From the NCBI GenBank assembly GCA_964016885.1, contig OZ024745.1, positions 126,356,001 to 126,420,000 of the forward strand: a stretch of DNA of 64,000 bases, in the 5' to 3' direction. The notes under the pieces are model-generated. The model saw only the letters and a list, made by a program, of their open reading frames with translations, ran no database searches and was not told the origin of the DNA. Positions 41,856 through 55,160 of the stretch are shown here, one piece after another. The translations under genes were made by a program, and so were the position numbers. Origin of the DNA: Eledone cirrhosa (taxonomy: Eukaryota). Position 1 is the first letter of the stretch. Each line of letters begins with the position of its first letter.

Positions 41856-43313
41856 TTGAAATGTTTCCTTGTAGGTATTTATTCATAATTGATACTGTAT
41901 TGGCACATAAGTCCTTAACACCAACAAAACATTCTATGACGTCTATTAGAAAATTTCTGGCAAAACTGTCTACTTTTTGCCAACTTCCTGTCAAATGGTA
42001 ATCAGTTTTATATCTCACCTTGTTAATCTGAATATACACCAAATTTCATGTATGATATCAATATTTGCTGCACCTCCGTCGTTTCCTATGACGAATGCTC
42101 CACTTCATTCAATCATGAAATTAACTTGTAAGTGGCTGAACATTCCACAGATATGTGTACCCTTAATCTTAAAGAGATTCGGCGTGGTACAATGTGTGAC
42201 AAGGTTGATCCATTAATTACATGTACAACTCATGTTTGCCAGCACAATCAACTGAAGCAACTGGAAATAAAGATTCTTACTTAAAGGACATAACGTGCAA
42301 CTCCGTCCGGGAATCGAACTCACGACTTTACGATCGTAAGTCCAACAGCCTAACCACTACACCTCATGCCCTCACGATTTCACTATTATATCTAATCTAA
42401 TCTGGCGGAGTTTACACTCGCACATAAGAAGAAACAGGGCCGCCCCTAGGAACATTGGATTTGGTGTACTTCATATTTGTTTCTGTTGCTGAATACAATC
42501 AGGGGTCGTTGCTTCAGCTGAAGGTCAATAGTTCTCTTCTAACTCGAGCGGGAGTGCCTTTCCATTGTCAATTTGCATTGATCATCTGCGAAGCTGCATT
42601 GTTCTCAAAACCACTACACCAGTATTTTGATGCATGCAGCTGGAACTACTTCCACCCATTGATTTGGCAGGATTTTTTTTTTAGATGGCCGTTGACTCTT
42701 ATGAGTTTTTCAACCCTTTGTCAGGTTTTTTTTTTTTGTCCTGCAGGGTGTCAAGAATCACCCTCCTCACCAAGTAAACTTGGTGGGGTTGCCGGTTTAG
42801 TCGCCGACGACCCGACCATCTCAATTATAATCGCTTACTTGCTGAAGCGACAAACTTTTTTTTTTGTAAGAAAATGATGATTGATTTTAAATCAGTGATA
42901 TAATTTATGGAGAAAAACTTTGCATTTCAATATTACTGAATGTAAAATGTAATGCATGAAAAATTGGAAAACATTTTTTGTAATATATGAAATCAAAATT
43001 ACATTATTAAATCTTATTCTTATTTTGTTTCTTGTAAATAATTTTTTTCAAAATATCAATTCAAGACTTTTGTGAATATGCACCATATCTTGTCCTTTAT
43101 CTATGTTTTAAATTTCATATAAATCGAAGGGAAAGCATTTTCAGCGGGGGTTTGTGCCCCCGGGGAACCTTTTGACTAAAATGAAATATACTTATCCAAG
43201 TACCCTGGGCAATGTAGTTTCAGAATATATATGGTTATGGGGGGGGGGGGGGGTCTATCTCCAAAACAATGGGAGGAGTTCGTGAACAAACAAACAAACA
43301 GACAGGAACTACA

Positions 43314-43394
<81 letters not shown>

Positions 43395-43562
43395 GGATAC
43401 TATTTATAGTTATGTATATTTTAAACTATAAACAGGGAAGGTCAGTAATTTATTACTACCTTATTACCAGTAAGATAAATAGCTCAATGTAAGAACATCA
43501 GTTGTTCTACAGAGCAGTTATATAGAATACACAAGAATCAAAGCTATGTTCAAAACATTTAT

Positions 43563-43611
43563 TTACTTACAATTGTTTCTTCCAAACCTAGGCTTGGAAT
43601 CTTCGGACCAA
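43563..43611 (-). ncRNA. Degenerate type I hammerhead
   Basis: UUGGU CCGAAGA UUCCAAGC cuag GUUUGGAA GAAA CAAUUG UA AGUAA; U4 changed to C, weak stem I. Confidence 0.65.
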
Positions 43612-44506
43612 TTTTTAATGTTTGTACATACAGTTGACCTCCTACTCAACGCAAGAGACATACAGATACATATATATATATATTGATGTACAGTGTGGAG
43701 CGACATATATTATACTATACTATATTTGTATAGTAACTCAAATTAAAATCAAAATTAAAATACATGCGACAGATAACACAGATAATGCAGGAGAATAGTT
43801 CAATAATCAGATCTAGTAGATAGTGTATGCGTTAGTCATACATGGAGCATGCAAATGTGTCTCATTTATATAAGAGTTTTGTGTGGCAAGGTATTACATG
43901 TAATACAAGCACTTTAAGCGGGTAAGCAAGAGTATTATGGTGGTTGCAGTGTGTGTGTGTGGGGGGGGGGGGGGTATATATAATTATTGCGTCTACATTC
44001 ACACAACCAGAAGCATAACAAATATATTCGCATGCACTATTACTATGACATTAATATAGATAAACATACATACAATTGCCTTCATCTTCACACACACGCT
44101 TAGAAACACACACACAGACAGACAGTGTGAAACACATATATGTGCGTGTATGTGTGTCTGTTCATATATACTGAAACTCTTAAGCATATACTTTCAGTAT
44201 TATTTCTTCTACATCTGTTCATAATCAAGACAACGTACACCTGAAACATACATGTATGAATATGCTCACACATGTGAATATACATGTGTGTGTGTGTGTG
44301 TTCAGGTATAGAGGTGTTCATTTATCTATCTGTAAGCCTGTGTGAGTGTGTGCTTGTTTATATGATTGATATGACTAGAAATAGGATATGTTTACTCTGA
44401 AGCAGTTCTGGTAAAGCTATTAACCAATTTTTATTTTAATCGTGTTTTCATGAACAACACAAACTGCACACACATACACAGACACACACACACACGCACA
44501 CACACA

Positions 44507-44563
<57 letters not shown>

Positions 44564-44577
44564 GCGCGCGCACATAC

Positions 44578-44617
<40 letters not shown>

Positions 44618-45422
44618 AAACACAAGTATGCATGTGTGCGTGAGAGAGAGAGAGAAGGAAAAAGAGAAAGGGAGCTAATTAGAAAGAGAGAAAGCGATAA
44701 TATATGCGATACTGTGTATGTTTATACGAATGTCACGCTGTAATAGTACATAAGAAAATATTTTGCTGAGAATTGTCTAACAGAATATATCGCGGTATCC
44801 AATATGTTGTTCTTACCTTGACTTGGAAAAGAAACGTTCGTATTTCCAAGAAGGCAGATGCTAGATCCGTGAAGGAGCACGCGTGAACATCCCATCTGAC
44901 ATTGAAGAGGACCGATTAATTTTATTTCAAGACTAACGTGTATAGCTGAAGAAAACTTTGAATATGACATTATCCACTTAGGTGCTACGAATTCTTTCCT
45001 TGATCCTTCTTCAAAGGAACTTTCCTATGCAGCTTCAAGGGTTTATATTTTGATATTCTTATTTTTTAGTTATAAAGAGCTGGATTATTAATTATATCCG
45101 CACATTTCCTCGTAAGACTTCGCCTATCTAGAAATAGTATGCTTTTGTTCGTTTTAAGAATTTGGACATCTAGGAGGAAAGTGAGATCTTACAAGTTTCA
45201 ATATTTCTTTGTACAGAGTTTTATTTTAATTCTCCCGACTGAATTTTATGATATTATTGTATCAATCTACTTTACACTGGTGTGTTTCCATAACTTTACA
45301 GAGAATGGAAATTTGTGCGAATTGTGGTTTCTGGTTGGGAAATCCTTGTCGGTATTATACATTAAGAGCTTAATGACTTTATGGTCTAAGAAAGAAGAAC
45401 ATTTTATTTCGATGTTGTGCCC

Positions 45423-45491
<69 letters not shown>

Positions 45492-46289
45492 CATAGTAGA
45501 CGTGGATTAGAGATGGATGATGAGAGATTTATGTCTCAGGGCGGAAGATGTTGTGCATTTAAATTTTAGTGGGAGATAGTGCGGCCAAGTTTAAAACAAA
45601 GCCAACCGATATTGGTATCGGGGAAGGGGATATCTAGCGAATTGTTTCACGTTTTTTTTTAGACTTTATATGATCTTAAGATGAATATTTATTGGCACAG
45701 GGGAAGATGTAGATAAGAATCATAGTTTACTACTAATTACTACATGAATCTCAACAGGTAGCCTTGTTGGAAAACATCATTGAATGGGACACTCGACATA
45801 TTGTACACTCTGGATGGGAGCACCAGTTAAGAACTAGAAGAGAGAGGGTACGAGTTCAACTGTTAGTGGACAGGTGAGATTACCATGCCATCAACAGCAT
45901 CTTAAAAGACAGGTAAATAATAGACAAGAAGTAACGCATTAGAAACTCTGTTATCTTCTAAATGTACGCCAGGTCCGGATGATAGCAACAGCGAGACCTT
46001 CGTTAACAGCATACATGAGCCAAGTTGAGTAATATATATCATCTTTAGTAAATATTTTACTCTATCTTCATCAGAAAACTTTAATTTTGAAAGTGATATT
46101 CTTATTAAGCCGACCGGATGTTCTTTAACTTTTTACAAACAATTGTTCAATATTTTCGTTTTTTTTTTTCAGATATAAATGAACAACAAAAAAAGTTGCA
46201 GCTGTTTAAAAATTGAAGTTTTAAGTAATTTTAGCCAAACCAGATCCATCCATTTTTTCACTTTGGTTCAGTAAAAATTAGTTGTTGTT

Positions 46290-46518
46290 CGTCAAGCTCT
46301 CCGACAGGTTTGCGGTTGTACCCTTGGCAGTGGAGACTTCCGGTGTCCTCGGCCCTAGGGTTACCTCCCTACTCACCACCATAGGCGCTGAGTTGGCCAG
46401 CCGCAGGTGTGAGCCTCGCGAGCTGAAATGGCTTTTCCCTTGCGTCTCCCTTGTTGTCCTCCAGGGAAACGCCTTCTCCATTCTGTCCGCCGGGGCTGTG
46501 GGGAGGCTACCGATATGA
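46290..46518 (+). mobile_element. C-terminus of a restriction-like-endonuclease LINE (CRE-like)
   Basis: VPLAVETSGVLG...IG...VSLVVLQGNAFSIL motif. Confidence 0.75.
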
Positions 46519-46590
46519 TTGACAGAATTGTCATTTTATCAGTCAGGTGTTCTAATGATTCTCTCTCTATATATATATACGTTCATATAT

Positions 46591-46626
<36 letters not shown>

Positions 46627-46627
<1 letters not shown>

Positions 46628-47284
46628 GTCTACTACGATGATAAAAAGGTAGGGAGCAAATGCATCTCCCTGGAGCACTCCAGCCAGTATCTCAAAGAAC
46701 TCCGTCATCCCATCAGGTGTAATGACTTGGGCTTTGGTGTTGGTGTAGAGCAGTGATATCAGGTCCACTATCCTCTTGGGGATTCCATAAGCCTGTAAGA
46801 TCTTCACCAGGCAGTGACGGTCCACAGAATCAAAAGCCTTCCTAAAGTCAATGAAAACCATGACCGCAGGAAGACACTTTGCTCTAGCTCCCTCTAGTAT
46901 CCTCCTCAGCATCAGAAACTCACTCAGATGGTGGATGGGTGCTACACGAGAATGCTGAGGATGGCTCTGAACATTAATCAGTATACACAGAGGATGAAAA
47001 ACTCGGAGCTGTATGGGAGCCTCCCAAAAGTCAGCTCAAAAGTGACACAGAGGAGACTGAGGTTAGCCGGACATGCTCACCGACATCCAGGGTTGACACT
47101 GCACTCAGTGCTCCCGTGGGAGCCCCTGCATGGACACACTGGAAGAGGAAGACCGAAGTTAACATATGTTGATGCCCTAAGGACAGACACTGGTCTGTTG
47201 GAGACGCAGGACATGGCAGTGATAATGAGGGACAGAGACCGCTGGAGAGAACTCGCCCATGGATCTCGGGAATTTTACCCGCCC
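46627..47284 (+). mobile_element. RTE-like LINE with 5' inversion, in (TA)n
   Basis: 46627-46912 (-) FIDFRKAFDSV..GVLQGD..PYLF; 46913-47284 (+) DGCYTRMLR..RRLRLAGH..GRGRP. Confidence 0.9.
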
Positions 47285-47306
47285 TATATATATATATATA
47301 TATATA

Positions 47307-47419
47307 AGTTATAATATAATGAAAGGAAATTTCATTTCTCACTCTTAGTACGGCACTTACTTAAATGTAAGTATGTATGTATACGTACATACATATATGT
47401 ATACAGACGTACAGTAGCA

Positions 47420-47463
<44 letters not shown>

Positions 47464-47857
47464 CAGGTACACATATATATATGTACGTATCAGTTTAGCG
47501 AACGTTTATTATAACGCCCGCTTTGTCCGTTTGTAAACAAACGGACAGCCTGATTTATGCCGTACGGTGTTAAGGCAACCACGTCACCTTTTTGTTCAAC
47601 ACTGACACAGGAACGATGTACTAGTTTCAAGCTTCTTAGCTATCATCAGCACCGTATACCCTTCTGCCAGATGGTTGAACGTTCGAAAGTATATACTTTC
47701 CTTATGAAAATTAACGGCTGAGCGGCCTAATTTGCATATCGAGTGAGTTCAGTCGGCCAGGCGTACCGAAAACGATAAGTTGTAATATAATGAAACGAAA
47801 TTTCATTTCTCACTCTTAGTACGGCACTTACTTAAATGTAAGTATGTATGTATACGT
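47307..47857 (-). mobile_element. Family-B hammerhead element with terminal direct repeat
   Basis: About 47306-47386 is repeated at 47777-47857; interior homologous to 22034-22310. Confidence 0.8.
47613..47655 (-). ncRNA. Type I hammerhead
   Basis: ACGGUG CUGAUGA U AGCU aaga AGCU U GAAA CUAG UA CAUCGU; core intact. Confidence 0.88.
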
Positions 47858-47899
47858 TTTGGAGCCTCGTCCCTGGATGGGCGAGGTTCCAAAATTTAA

Positions 47900-48089
47900 G
47901 GGCGGTGGATTGGCAGTATCGGTAGAGGGTCGGACGCCGTGCTTTGCAGCACAGTTACGTGCCTTTACGGACTGAGTTCAAAACCCGCCGAGGTTAACTT
48001 TGCCTTTCATCCTTAAGGGGTCGATAAAATAAAGTACCAGTAATACACTGGAATAATTGCTGGCCTTGTGCCAAAAGTAGAAACAATTA
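47900..48089 (+). mobile_element. Meta-domain-type SINE
   Basis: Full copy. Confidence 0.93.
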
Positions 48090-50140
48090 AATTTGGACAA
48101 CAACAAATTGTTACACTACATCTAGCACAACACCAGCATCGCAGAAAAAGACTATACAACACCCCGAAAATTCACACCACCCCCACACATACAAATCACT
48201 CGCATCACAAGGAAAACGTACACGACACTAAAATTAAAATTCCCCCAAGGACATCGGAGACGTCCGACAAACACTCCAGGAGGATTTATAAAAACATCCT
48301 TCCGGAGGGGGCCACAAACAGTGAGAAGGACGGCAAAACCATCCTTCCCCCACAAGAAGTGAGGTAAGTGGTCTTTCCCATCTTCTTCCACTCCTTATCA
48401 ACATGACCTTACTCAGAATAGGCAGCATAAACACGCGTGGTCTGGGGTCGTCTTGGAAGCAGGGTCAACTGCTCAACGACCTCAGGTCACTAAACAAATG
48501 TGGTGACCATCAGCGAGACCAGAATCTCCGAAGCACGAGCCTTCGCAACGATCTTCGGCGGCTACGATGTATACGCATCTCCCAGCCGTCCATGATCGGG
48601 GGGAGCGGTTGCTGTGTTTTTTCGGAGAGGCTTGGATCTCACCATACGGGCCATCTTCTTGGACCCAGAAGGTAAGTCGGTGGTGCTGGACGTGACCGGC
48701 AGCGAAGGCAATGCTTTCGGGCTCGTAGCCGACTACGCCCCAACTGGGGTAGGACGGCCAGATTTCTTCAGACGTCTTCCGACCTTTCTTGGAACGTCCC
48801 GCTCTTTAGTGTTAGTGGGCGACTGGAACGGTATCTTAAATGCACGCTGGGGTTATGTGGGGCTAGTAGACAGGGTAGGAGGGTGTAAAAGCGTCAACAA
48901 CCTGCTCAGACGTTTTGAACTGTCTGACAGGTATAGACTGGATCATCCGGATGTGACAATGTGGACATGGGCAAACCGCATCAGGTTATCCAGATCGTAT
49001 TTAGATAGGGTATTCTGTAGAGAAACAGATAAGGCTAGTGTAGGTTGTCCACAATTTAAAGTAGTCGACAACACGGACCACAAATTTGTGATCTGTGAAG
49101 GTGACTTAGATAGACTCCATAGGCCAGGGCCCGGCTACTGGAAGCTGAACGTGTCGTTCCCGGCGCGCAAAACTTACAGAGACCGGATTAGCGAATTAGT
49201 TAAGCGTGCGTAGACGGGTGCGATCGTCAACAACAGGTGGTGGTTTACCCTGAAAAGGGCTATTAGAGTAGAATCGATAAAGTTTAGCAAAGGAGTAGTG
49301 ATAGAGGAAAATAGAATAGAGGGAGAGTTAGTTAGAAAGCTAGAAGAGGCGTTTAGGATAGGCATCGCAACCGACGTGCTTGAGGCGAGATTGGCACTCG
49401 ACCAATTCTTCAACGCAAAGCATGAAGGCTGCGTTGTCAGAGCTAGAGTGCGTACTTTAAGACACGAGGGGACGAAAGCCCGATCAAAACGGGCGCATGC
49501 TGCTCGAACCCGAGCAGATGTGTGCGGCTTTTCAACAGCACTTTGCTCAATTGTTCGGGAGCGGCGTCGGGCCGGATCGGAGTATGAACTTCGGTGCATA
49601 CCTCGACGGACTGCCGCGGCTCTAGACGACCAGAGCGCAGTGCTGCGAAAAGCCGATAACAGCAGGTGAAATACGGGAAGCGATGTCTGATTGCATGAGG
49701 GGTAAATCGCCAGATTTGGATGGTCTGCCCTACGAACTTTATGCGTATATGCCAGACTTGTTCGGCGACCTCTTGTCAGATGTCTTCTGCGGTGGGGCTG
49801 CTGAGAAAAGACCAGAACAAGGGGGACGTTATAGACAACTTCAGGCCCATAACTCTGCTAATCGCAGAGTTTAAGATTTTGGCCAAGGTGTTAGCAAAGA
49901 GATTGGCACTTGTCGTTGGTGATCTGCTGGGAGAGGCGCAGATATGCGCCATTCCGGACATATCCATCCACGACAACCTCCATCTCATGCGATACATCAT
50001 AGAGAGGGTGGTTAAGGAACTTGGCATGGGTGGGACCCTGAACAACTTGGATCAATCTAAAGCATTTGATAGGGTCGAACATCGGTACCTGGCTGCGGTC
50101 CGCGAGGCGGTCGACTTCGGGCCCGTTTTTAGATGCTGGG
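48090..50140 (+). mobile_element. L1/Tx1-like LINE internal fragment (ORF1 end, APE endonuclease, RT start)
   Basis: MTLLRIGSINTRGL at 48403, GDWN, SYLDRV, TDH, YWKLN, NFRPITLL, LDQSKAFDRVEH. Confidence 0.93.
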
Positions 50141-50345
50141 TCGGTGAATTGGCAGTATCGGTACAGTATCGGTAGAGGGTCGGACATGCTTTCCAGCGTA
50201 GTTACGTCCCTTTACGATCTGAGTTCAAATCCCACCGAGGTTAACTTTGCCTTTCATGCTTACGGGGTCGATAAAATAAAGTACCAGTAATGTACTGGGT
50301 AATTGCTGGCCTTGTGCCAAAAGTAGAAACAATTATTATTATTAT
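50141..50345 (+). mobile_element. Meta-domain-type SINE at the LINE breakpoint
   Basis: Near-full copy with (ATT)n tail. Confidence 0.92.
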
Positions 50346-50727
50346 TTTTGCTCAAGTAAGATATTAGCAGGGTTCACGTGGGTGTAGATTGAACTAATCA
50401 ATTACGTTTTACTTTTGTTTTATTAGGAGTTTTTTAATTAAATTATTTTTTGAATTATGAGATTATATATTACAGAAGGATGAAATGAAATACAGGGAGA
50501 CATTGGACTCTGGAAATCTCATATTTCTAACTTAGATAAATATCGATCTGCATAGCAATACACTCTGGAGATATATTAATACAAATCAATCAATATATTT
50601 ATGAAAGAACTATTGAAACTTGTTGAATAAATGCAGAGTAAAAAACATTTAGAGCAGCAGCAAATCAAATATTGGATGACAAATAAAATTTGTTGCGATA
50701 ATATTGTAAATTGCTAGATATCTCATA

Positions 50728-50808
<81 letters not shown>

Positions 50809-50811
<3 letters not shown>

Positions 50812-50920
50812 AAAAAGTATGACCCCGACGGCAGAGCTCTAGCCGTTTCGACGGCTATTTCAATCCAGAAATAGCCGTCAAAACGGCTTGTGCTCTGCCG
50901 TCGGGGTCATACTTTCTCCT
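50809..50920. mobile_element. Fold-back family A, palindrome only
   Basis: Arms of about 53 bp around a 6-nt loop; TA-flanked. Confidence 0.88.
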
Positions 50921-50968
50921 ATATATATATAAAAGAAGAAATTAAAAGATGGTTAAAAAGGTTCCATA

Positions 50969-51038
50969 TATTTTATTATGCGCATTTCGAAAACAACATC
51001 ATCCTGGGACAAAAATTGTGTTCTCATCAGATAAAATA
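50969..51038 (-). ncRNA. Type I hammerhead, left arm
   Basis: UAUUUUAU CUGAUGA GAACACAA...UUGUUUUC GAAA UGCGCA UA AUAAAAUA; core intact, palindromic stem III. Confidence 0.88.
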
Positions 51039-51097
51039 AGGTAACATGATATGAGGCCTAAAAACACTTGTCCTTTAGGCCTCATATCATGTTACCT

Positions 51098-51167
51098 TAT
51101 TTTATCTGATGAGAACACAATTTTTGTCCCAGGATGATTTTGTTTTCGAAATGCACATAATAAAATA
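51098..51167 (+). ncRNA. Type I hammerhead, right arm
   Basis: Mirror copy; stem III reads UGCACA. Confidence 0.82.
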
Positions 51168-51290
51168 TATGGATCTTTTTTAACCATCTTTTAATTTCTT
51201 CTTTAATATATACTCCAGTTCTAACTTCTGTTGAGTGCTACTTATCTGATATATGCATAGTTTTATTGTTCTACAATATTACTCACCTTC

Positions 51291-51345
<55 letters not shown>

Positions 51346-51396
51346 ATTTCAGAGAGATCGTATTTCGGCGGCGGCCAAAACAAATATATATATGTA

Positions 51397-51429
<33 letters not shown>

Positions 51430-51938
51430 TCATATATATGTATAAATATGTATGTGTGTATGTATGTATACTTATATATGTACACACACACACACATACA
51501 TATGTATCTACATACATATGTATGTGTGTACGTCTGTGTGTATGTGTATACATATATATGTGTGTGTGTGTGTGTATGTGTTTATACTTGTATTTACATA
51601 CACACACTCAATCACGCTTAGATATAGACACATATACGTTTATATTTGTTGACATACGTCGATAGATTTGTGTTTGTTGACACAATTTGTTATGTAAGAT
51701 TTTATTTATATTTAAACCTATTACAAATGTTTGTCTAAAGAATTGTTTTATTGAATGTTGAAATTTGACCACAATTGTCTGGATTACAGATAGATTTCTT
51801 TCTGTACACACGGGCAAACAAACACACACACACATACACTCACATACATCGCCTACATATTGGCATATAGATGTATACAGTAATTCAACACAGTTATATA
51901 AATGGAAGTGTACACACTAATGTTGAAAGATAGATAGA

Positions 51939-53514
51939 TTTCTTTATTAGCCACAATGGCGCACAAGAAAAGGGGACAATACAAAGACATGCCGGGGATT
52001 TTACATACAGTCGTGTAAAAAATATAAAAACAAACAATTACAACAATCGAAATCCCCAATAGGGGGGGAGACGCCACAAATGGGTTGTTTAATACCCCGT
52101 CGATAGAACAACCCTCAACTTCAGGAGCGTTTTGTGCAAGTGCTCCTATCTTCCTTTTGCTCTCTTCTTCAACCTACAGGTTTATATACAGAGAAGGTCC
52201 AATCACTGGGGCCATTTTTGCCACATTCACCCACCTTTCAGTAAATTTACTGGGGTCCAGTGCCTCTCTGTCCACTCTGATTCTCCTTCTAAAGTGGTAC
52301 CTAAAGAAGGGAATGAGTTGTTGTCCGGAGAGAAAGGCATCTGTCCTCAGTCCTCTCAACCTCGTCCATCATATAACTTCTTTCACCATAAGCACCGTAC
52401 AGAGGAAAACCGCCTCTCTTTCGTTTTTGAAAGAGGCTGGTGGTTTGATCCTTACTATGGACTCGGCAGTCAACTGGATTTGTCCCATACGCGACAGCAG
52501 TTGTTCTGCATAATTCCACAGGTCGGTTACGCCCGGGCAGTGTACAATTGCGTGCAGGACTGTTTCAATGTCCTGCGCGCATCTTGGACACGTCCTCTTG
52601 GTAGGATCCCTGCCGGGGCGTCTGTGTCGGTAGATCTTGTCACGAACCGGTAGAGCTCCTCGGTAGCACTGCCAGGCCAGGGACCTCTGGAAGTTGTCCA
52701 TAGGTCCCGAGTGGAAAGTCCTACCAAACAGACTGGTGAGCTCATCGTCTTCGACGCCCAGAGTCTCTCCGAGCACGTCGTCGCCCTTGTAACGTACAAT
52801 CCCTCTATATAATGTCGAAGTGGAGTCTCCATTGATTGCTGCGCCGGCTTGCCAGAGGACTGTGAGCGCCTGAGCGCATTCAATGTGCCAGGCGCCCATC
52901 GTTTTCAGTTTTTTCTTGACCCAGGACTGCAGCTCCGTCAGCGAGACGAGCTGTGAGAAAGCCTGTCTCACAAATCGTTCCCACACCGGTTGGGGGTCGG
53001 TGAGGAATACCTGGAGATGCCACAGCCTCAGCGCATGTTTGCGCATCATCAGCCACGGCATTCCCAGCCCTCCGTTGGAAGGGTGCTGACAGCAGACGGA
53101 TATTCTCACCAGCGGAGCCTGCTTCTTCCACAGAAACTGGAAGAGCATGCGTTCCATCTTGGCGAGGTGTTCACGGGGACAAGGCACGACAGTCAAGCGG
53201 TAGTAGATGACGGACGCTATGAAAGTGTTCGCCAGCTCCGCTCGACCTTCCAAGGACAGTTTGCACTCTGCCCACTTCTGGGTGAGTGCAAACACCTTGG
53301 CCGTGACCTCGTTCCAGTTTTTCTCCACCTGGAGGTCTGGACCGAACCAGACCCCGAGCAATTTCACCGGTCCATCCGTCCAGCGTCCAACGACGCTGTC
53401 GGACGTCATCGGTTTGCCTCTCCACGTACCGAGTTGCAAACCGACAGACTTGTCCGGGTTTAGTTTTGCTCCCGTCAGTGTTTCGTATTCTTTCAGTAAG
53501 TTGCCGATCATCCC
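51939..53514 (-). mobile_element. 5'-truncated L1/Tx1-like LINE 3' end, little decayed
   Basis: KLLGVWF, GGLGMP, zinc finger CPRC..ETVLHAIVHC; one in-frame TGA at 52369; 3' UTR with AATAAA. Confidence 0.93.
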
Positions 53515-53527
53515 GATAGATAGATAT

Positions 53528-53580
<53 letters not shown>

Positions 53581-53779
53581 GAAAGTTTGTGAAATCAATA
53601 TATATCAGACGACAAAAAGGCGTAATTAAAGGCATAGACTCTCAAACAAAGACACCCCCAACACACACTTATATGAGTATATTATAAAATTCCTGTCTTG
53701 AGCTTGTTAGTTGGTTTCTCTCTGTCTTTCACATTGGGAAGAAAAACTTAACAACCTCCCATCTATAACAACAATGTAG

Positions 53780-54095
53780 CTAAAGACGAGTGAGGCACTT
53801 CCCCCTGGAACAGATATAAACTATGCAATGTGGAAATGCCTCAACAGACTAAGATCTGGTATTGGACGGGCAAAAGTCACTCTCGCAAAATGGACATAAT
53901 AATATGATGGGGATGTTGTGTGTGACTGTGGCATCGAACCACAGACTATGCAGCATCTCCTGATATGCCTCCTCTTGGAACACCAGAGCACAGTATTGGA
54001 CTTGGTAGAGTTTAATGAAAAAAGTAAGCAATGTGTTTAACTGTAGCGGAACCACATCTAGTCAAGCTTTGTAGCTGACACGACAAGAGGAAAAA
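53780..54095 (+). mobile_element. Vingi/Ingi-like LINE C-terminus
   Basis: PPG....WKCLNRLRSGIGRAK..LAKW...CDCG..QTMQHLLIC, with stops. Confidence 0.75.
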
Positions 54096-54556
54096 CTAGT
54101 GTATTGAGGAAGGAGAAAATAGTGACAGTGCTGAGAGAGGTGGATATAATTGATAAATAAGCAAATAAATGGAAGATTGATTAATTGAACGATTGATTAA
54201 GAGATGGAAAAAGAGGGAGAGAAGGAAAGGAGAAAGAGAATAATAGAGAGGTGGAGATAGAGATTTATAGATAGATAGAGGAAGTGAGTGAGTGAGAAAG
54301 GGAGCGAGCAGGTACTAGGTAGTTGGGCGAGCAGACAGTCACATATAGTGGGGTGGGGTGGCGGTATATGATAGATTGAGAGAAGAGTAAAAGTACGAGT
54401 AAGAGTATAGAAATAAGCATAGCAGTAGAAATAAGAAAGAGTCTTTTACAGCAGTGAGGGCGAAGTAGATAGAATAACATGTTGCATTAATGTAACTATA
54501 GGCCGCAAAGTCTGTTATCCGACACGTAAGCGACACTGCCAATCCATTAGTGAGAC

Positions 54557-54774
54557 TAATTGTTTCTACTTTAGGCACAAGGCCAGGAATATGAAGGTGA
54601 GGGTAAAGTCGATTAAATCGACTCCAGTGCATTACTGGTGCTTCATTTGTCGACACCGTAAGGATGAAAGGTGAAGCTAACCTCGGCAGGATTTTAACTC
54701 AGAACGTAAAGGGCCGTAACTCTATGCTGCGAAGCATGGTGTCTGACGCTCCACCGATACTGCCAATTCACCAC
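54557..54774 (-). mobile_element. Meta-domain-type SINE, long-tail variant, with TSD
   Basis: cattagtgaga(c/a)taat on both sides. Confidence 0.88.
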
Positions 54775-55048
54775 ATTAGTGAGAATAATGTATGAGAATA
54801 AGAGAGTAAGTGTATATAATTATGGAAATTCAAAACCCTCTTTTCAAATATGCAGCAACTACAAGTCAAAGAAGGGGAGACAATTCTGTTACTTGGCAGC
54901 TGCTTGAAAGAAAACGAAGATTATCACAAGGAATTCTGGAAAATGCCAAAAAGCACAATAAACAGAAGCAAAGACTAAACGTGCGTGTGTATGTATATGG
55001 TGTCGTATGCATGTGGTGTGTGTATGTATGTGGTGTGTGTATGTATAT

Positions 55049-55134
<86 letters not shown>

Positions 55135-55160
55135 TACGTGTGTATGTATATGTATATATA

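Larger units (their letters stand above)
50932..51293 (+). mobile_element. Fold-back hammerhead mini-element family E
   Basis: Arms 50932-51062 and 51074-51204 plus tail to 51293; TA-flanked. Confidence 0.9.

Noticed and set aside
44722-45030. Possible host exon on the minus strand ending CAAG|GTAAGA
   Set aside because: No good acceptor, no recognisable protein motif and no partner exon.
47900-47990. tRNA genes at SINE heads
   Set aside because: A and B boxes are present but no complete cloverleaf is evident, and they are always fused to SINE bodies.
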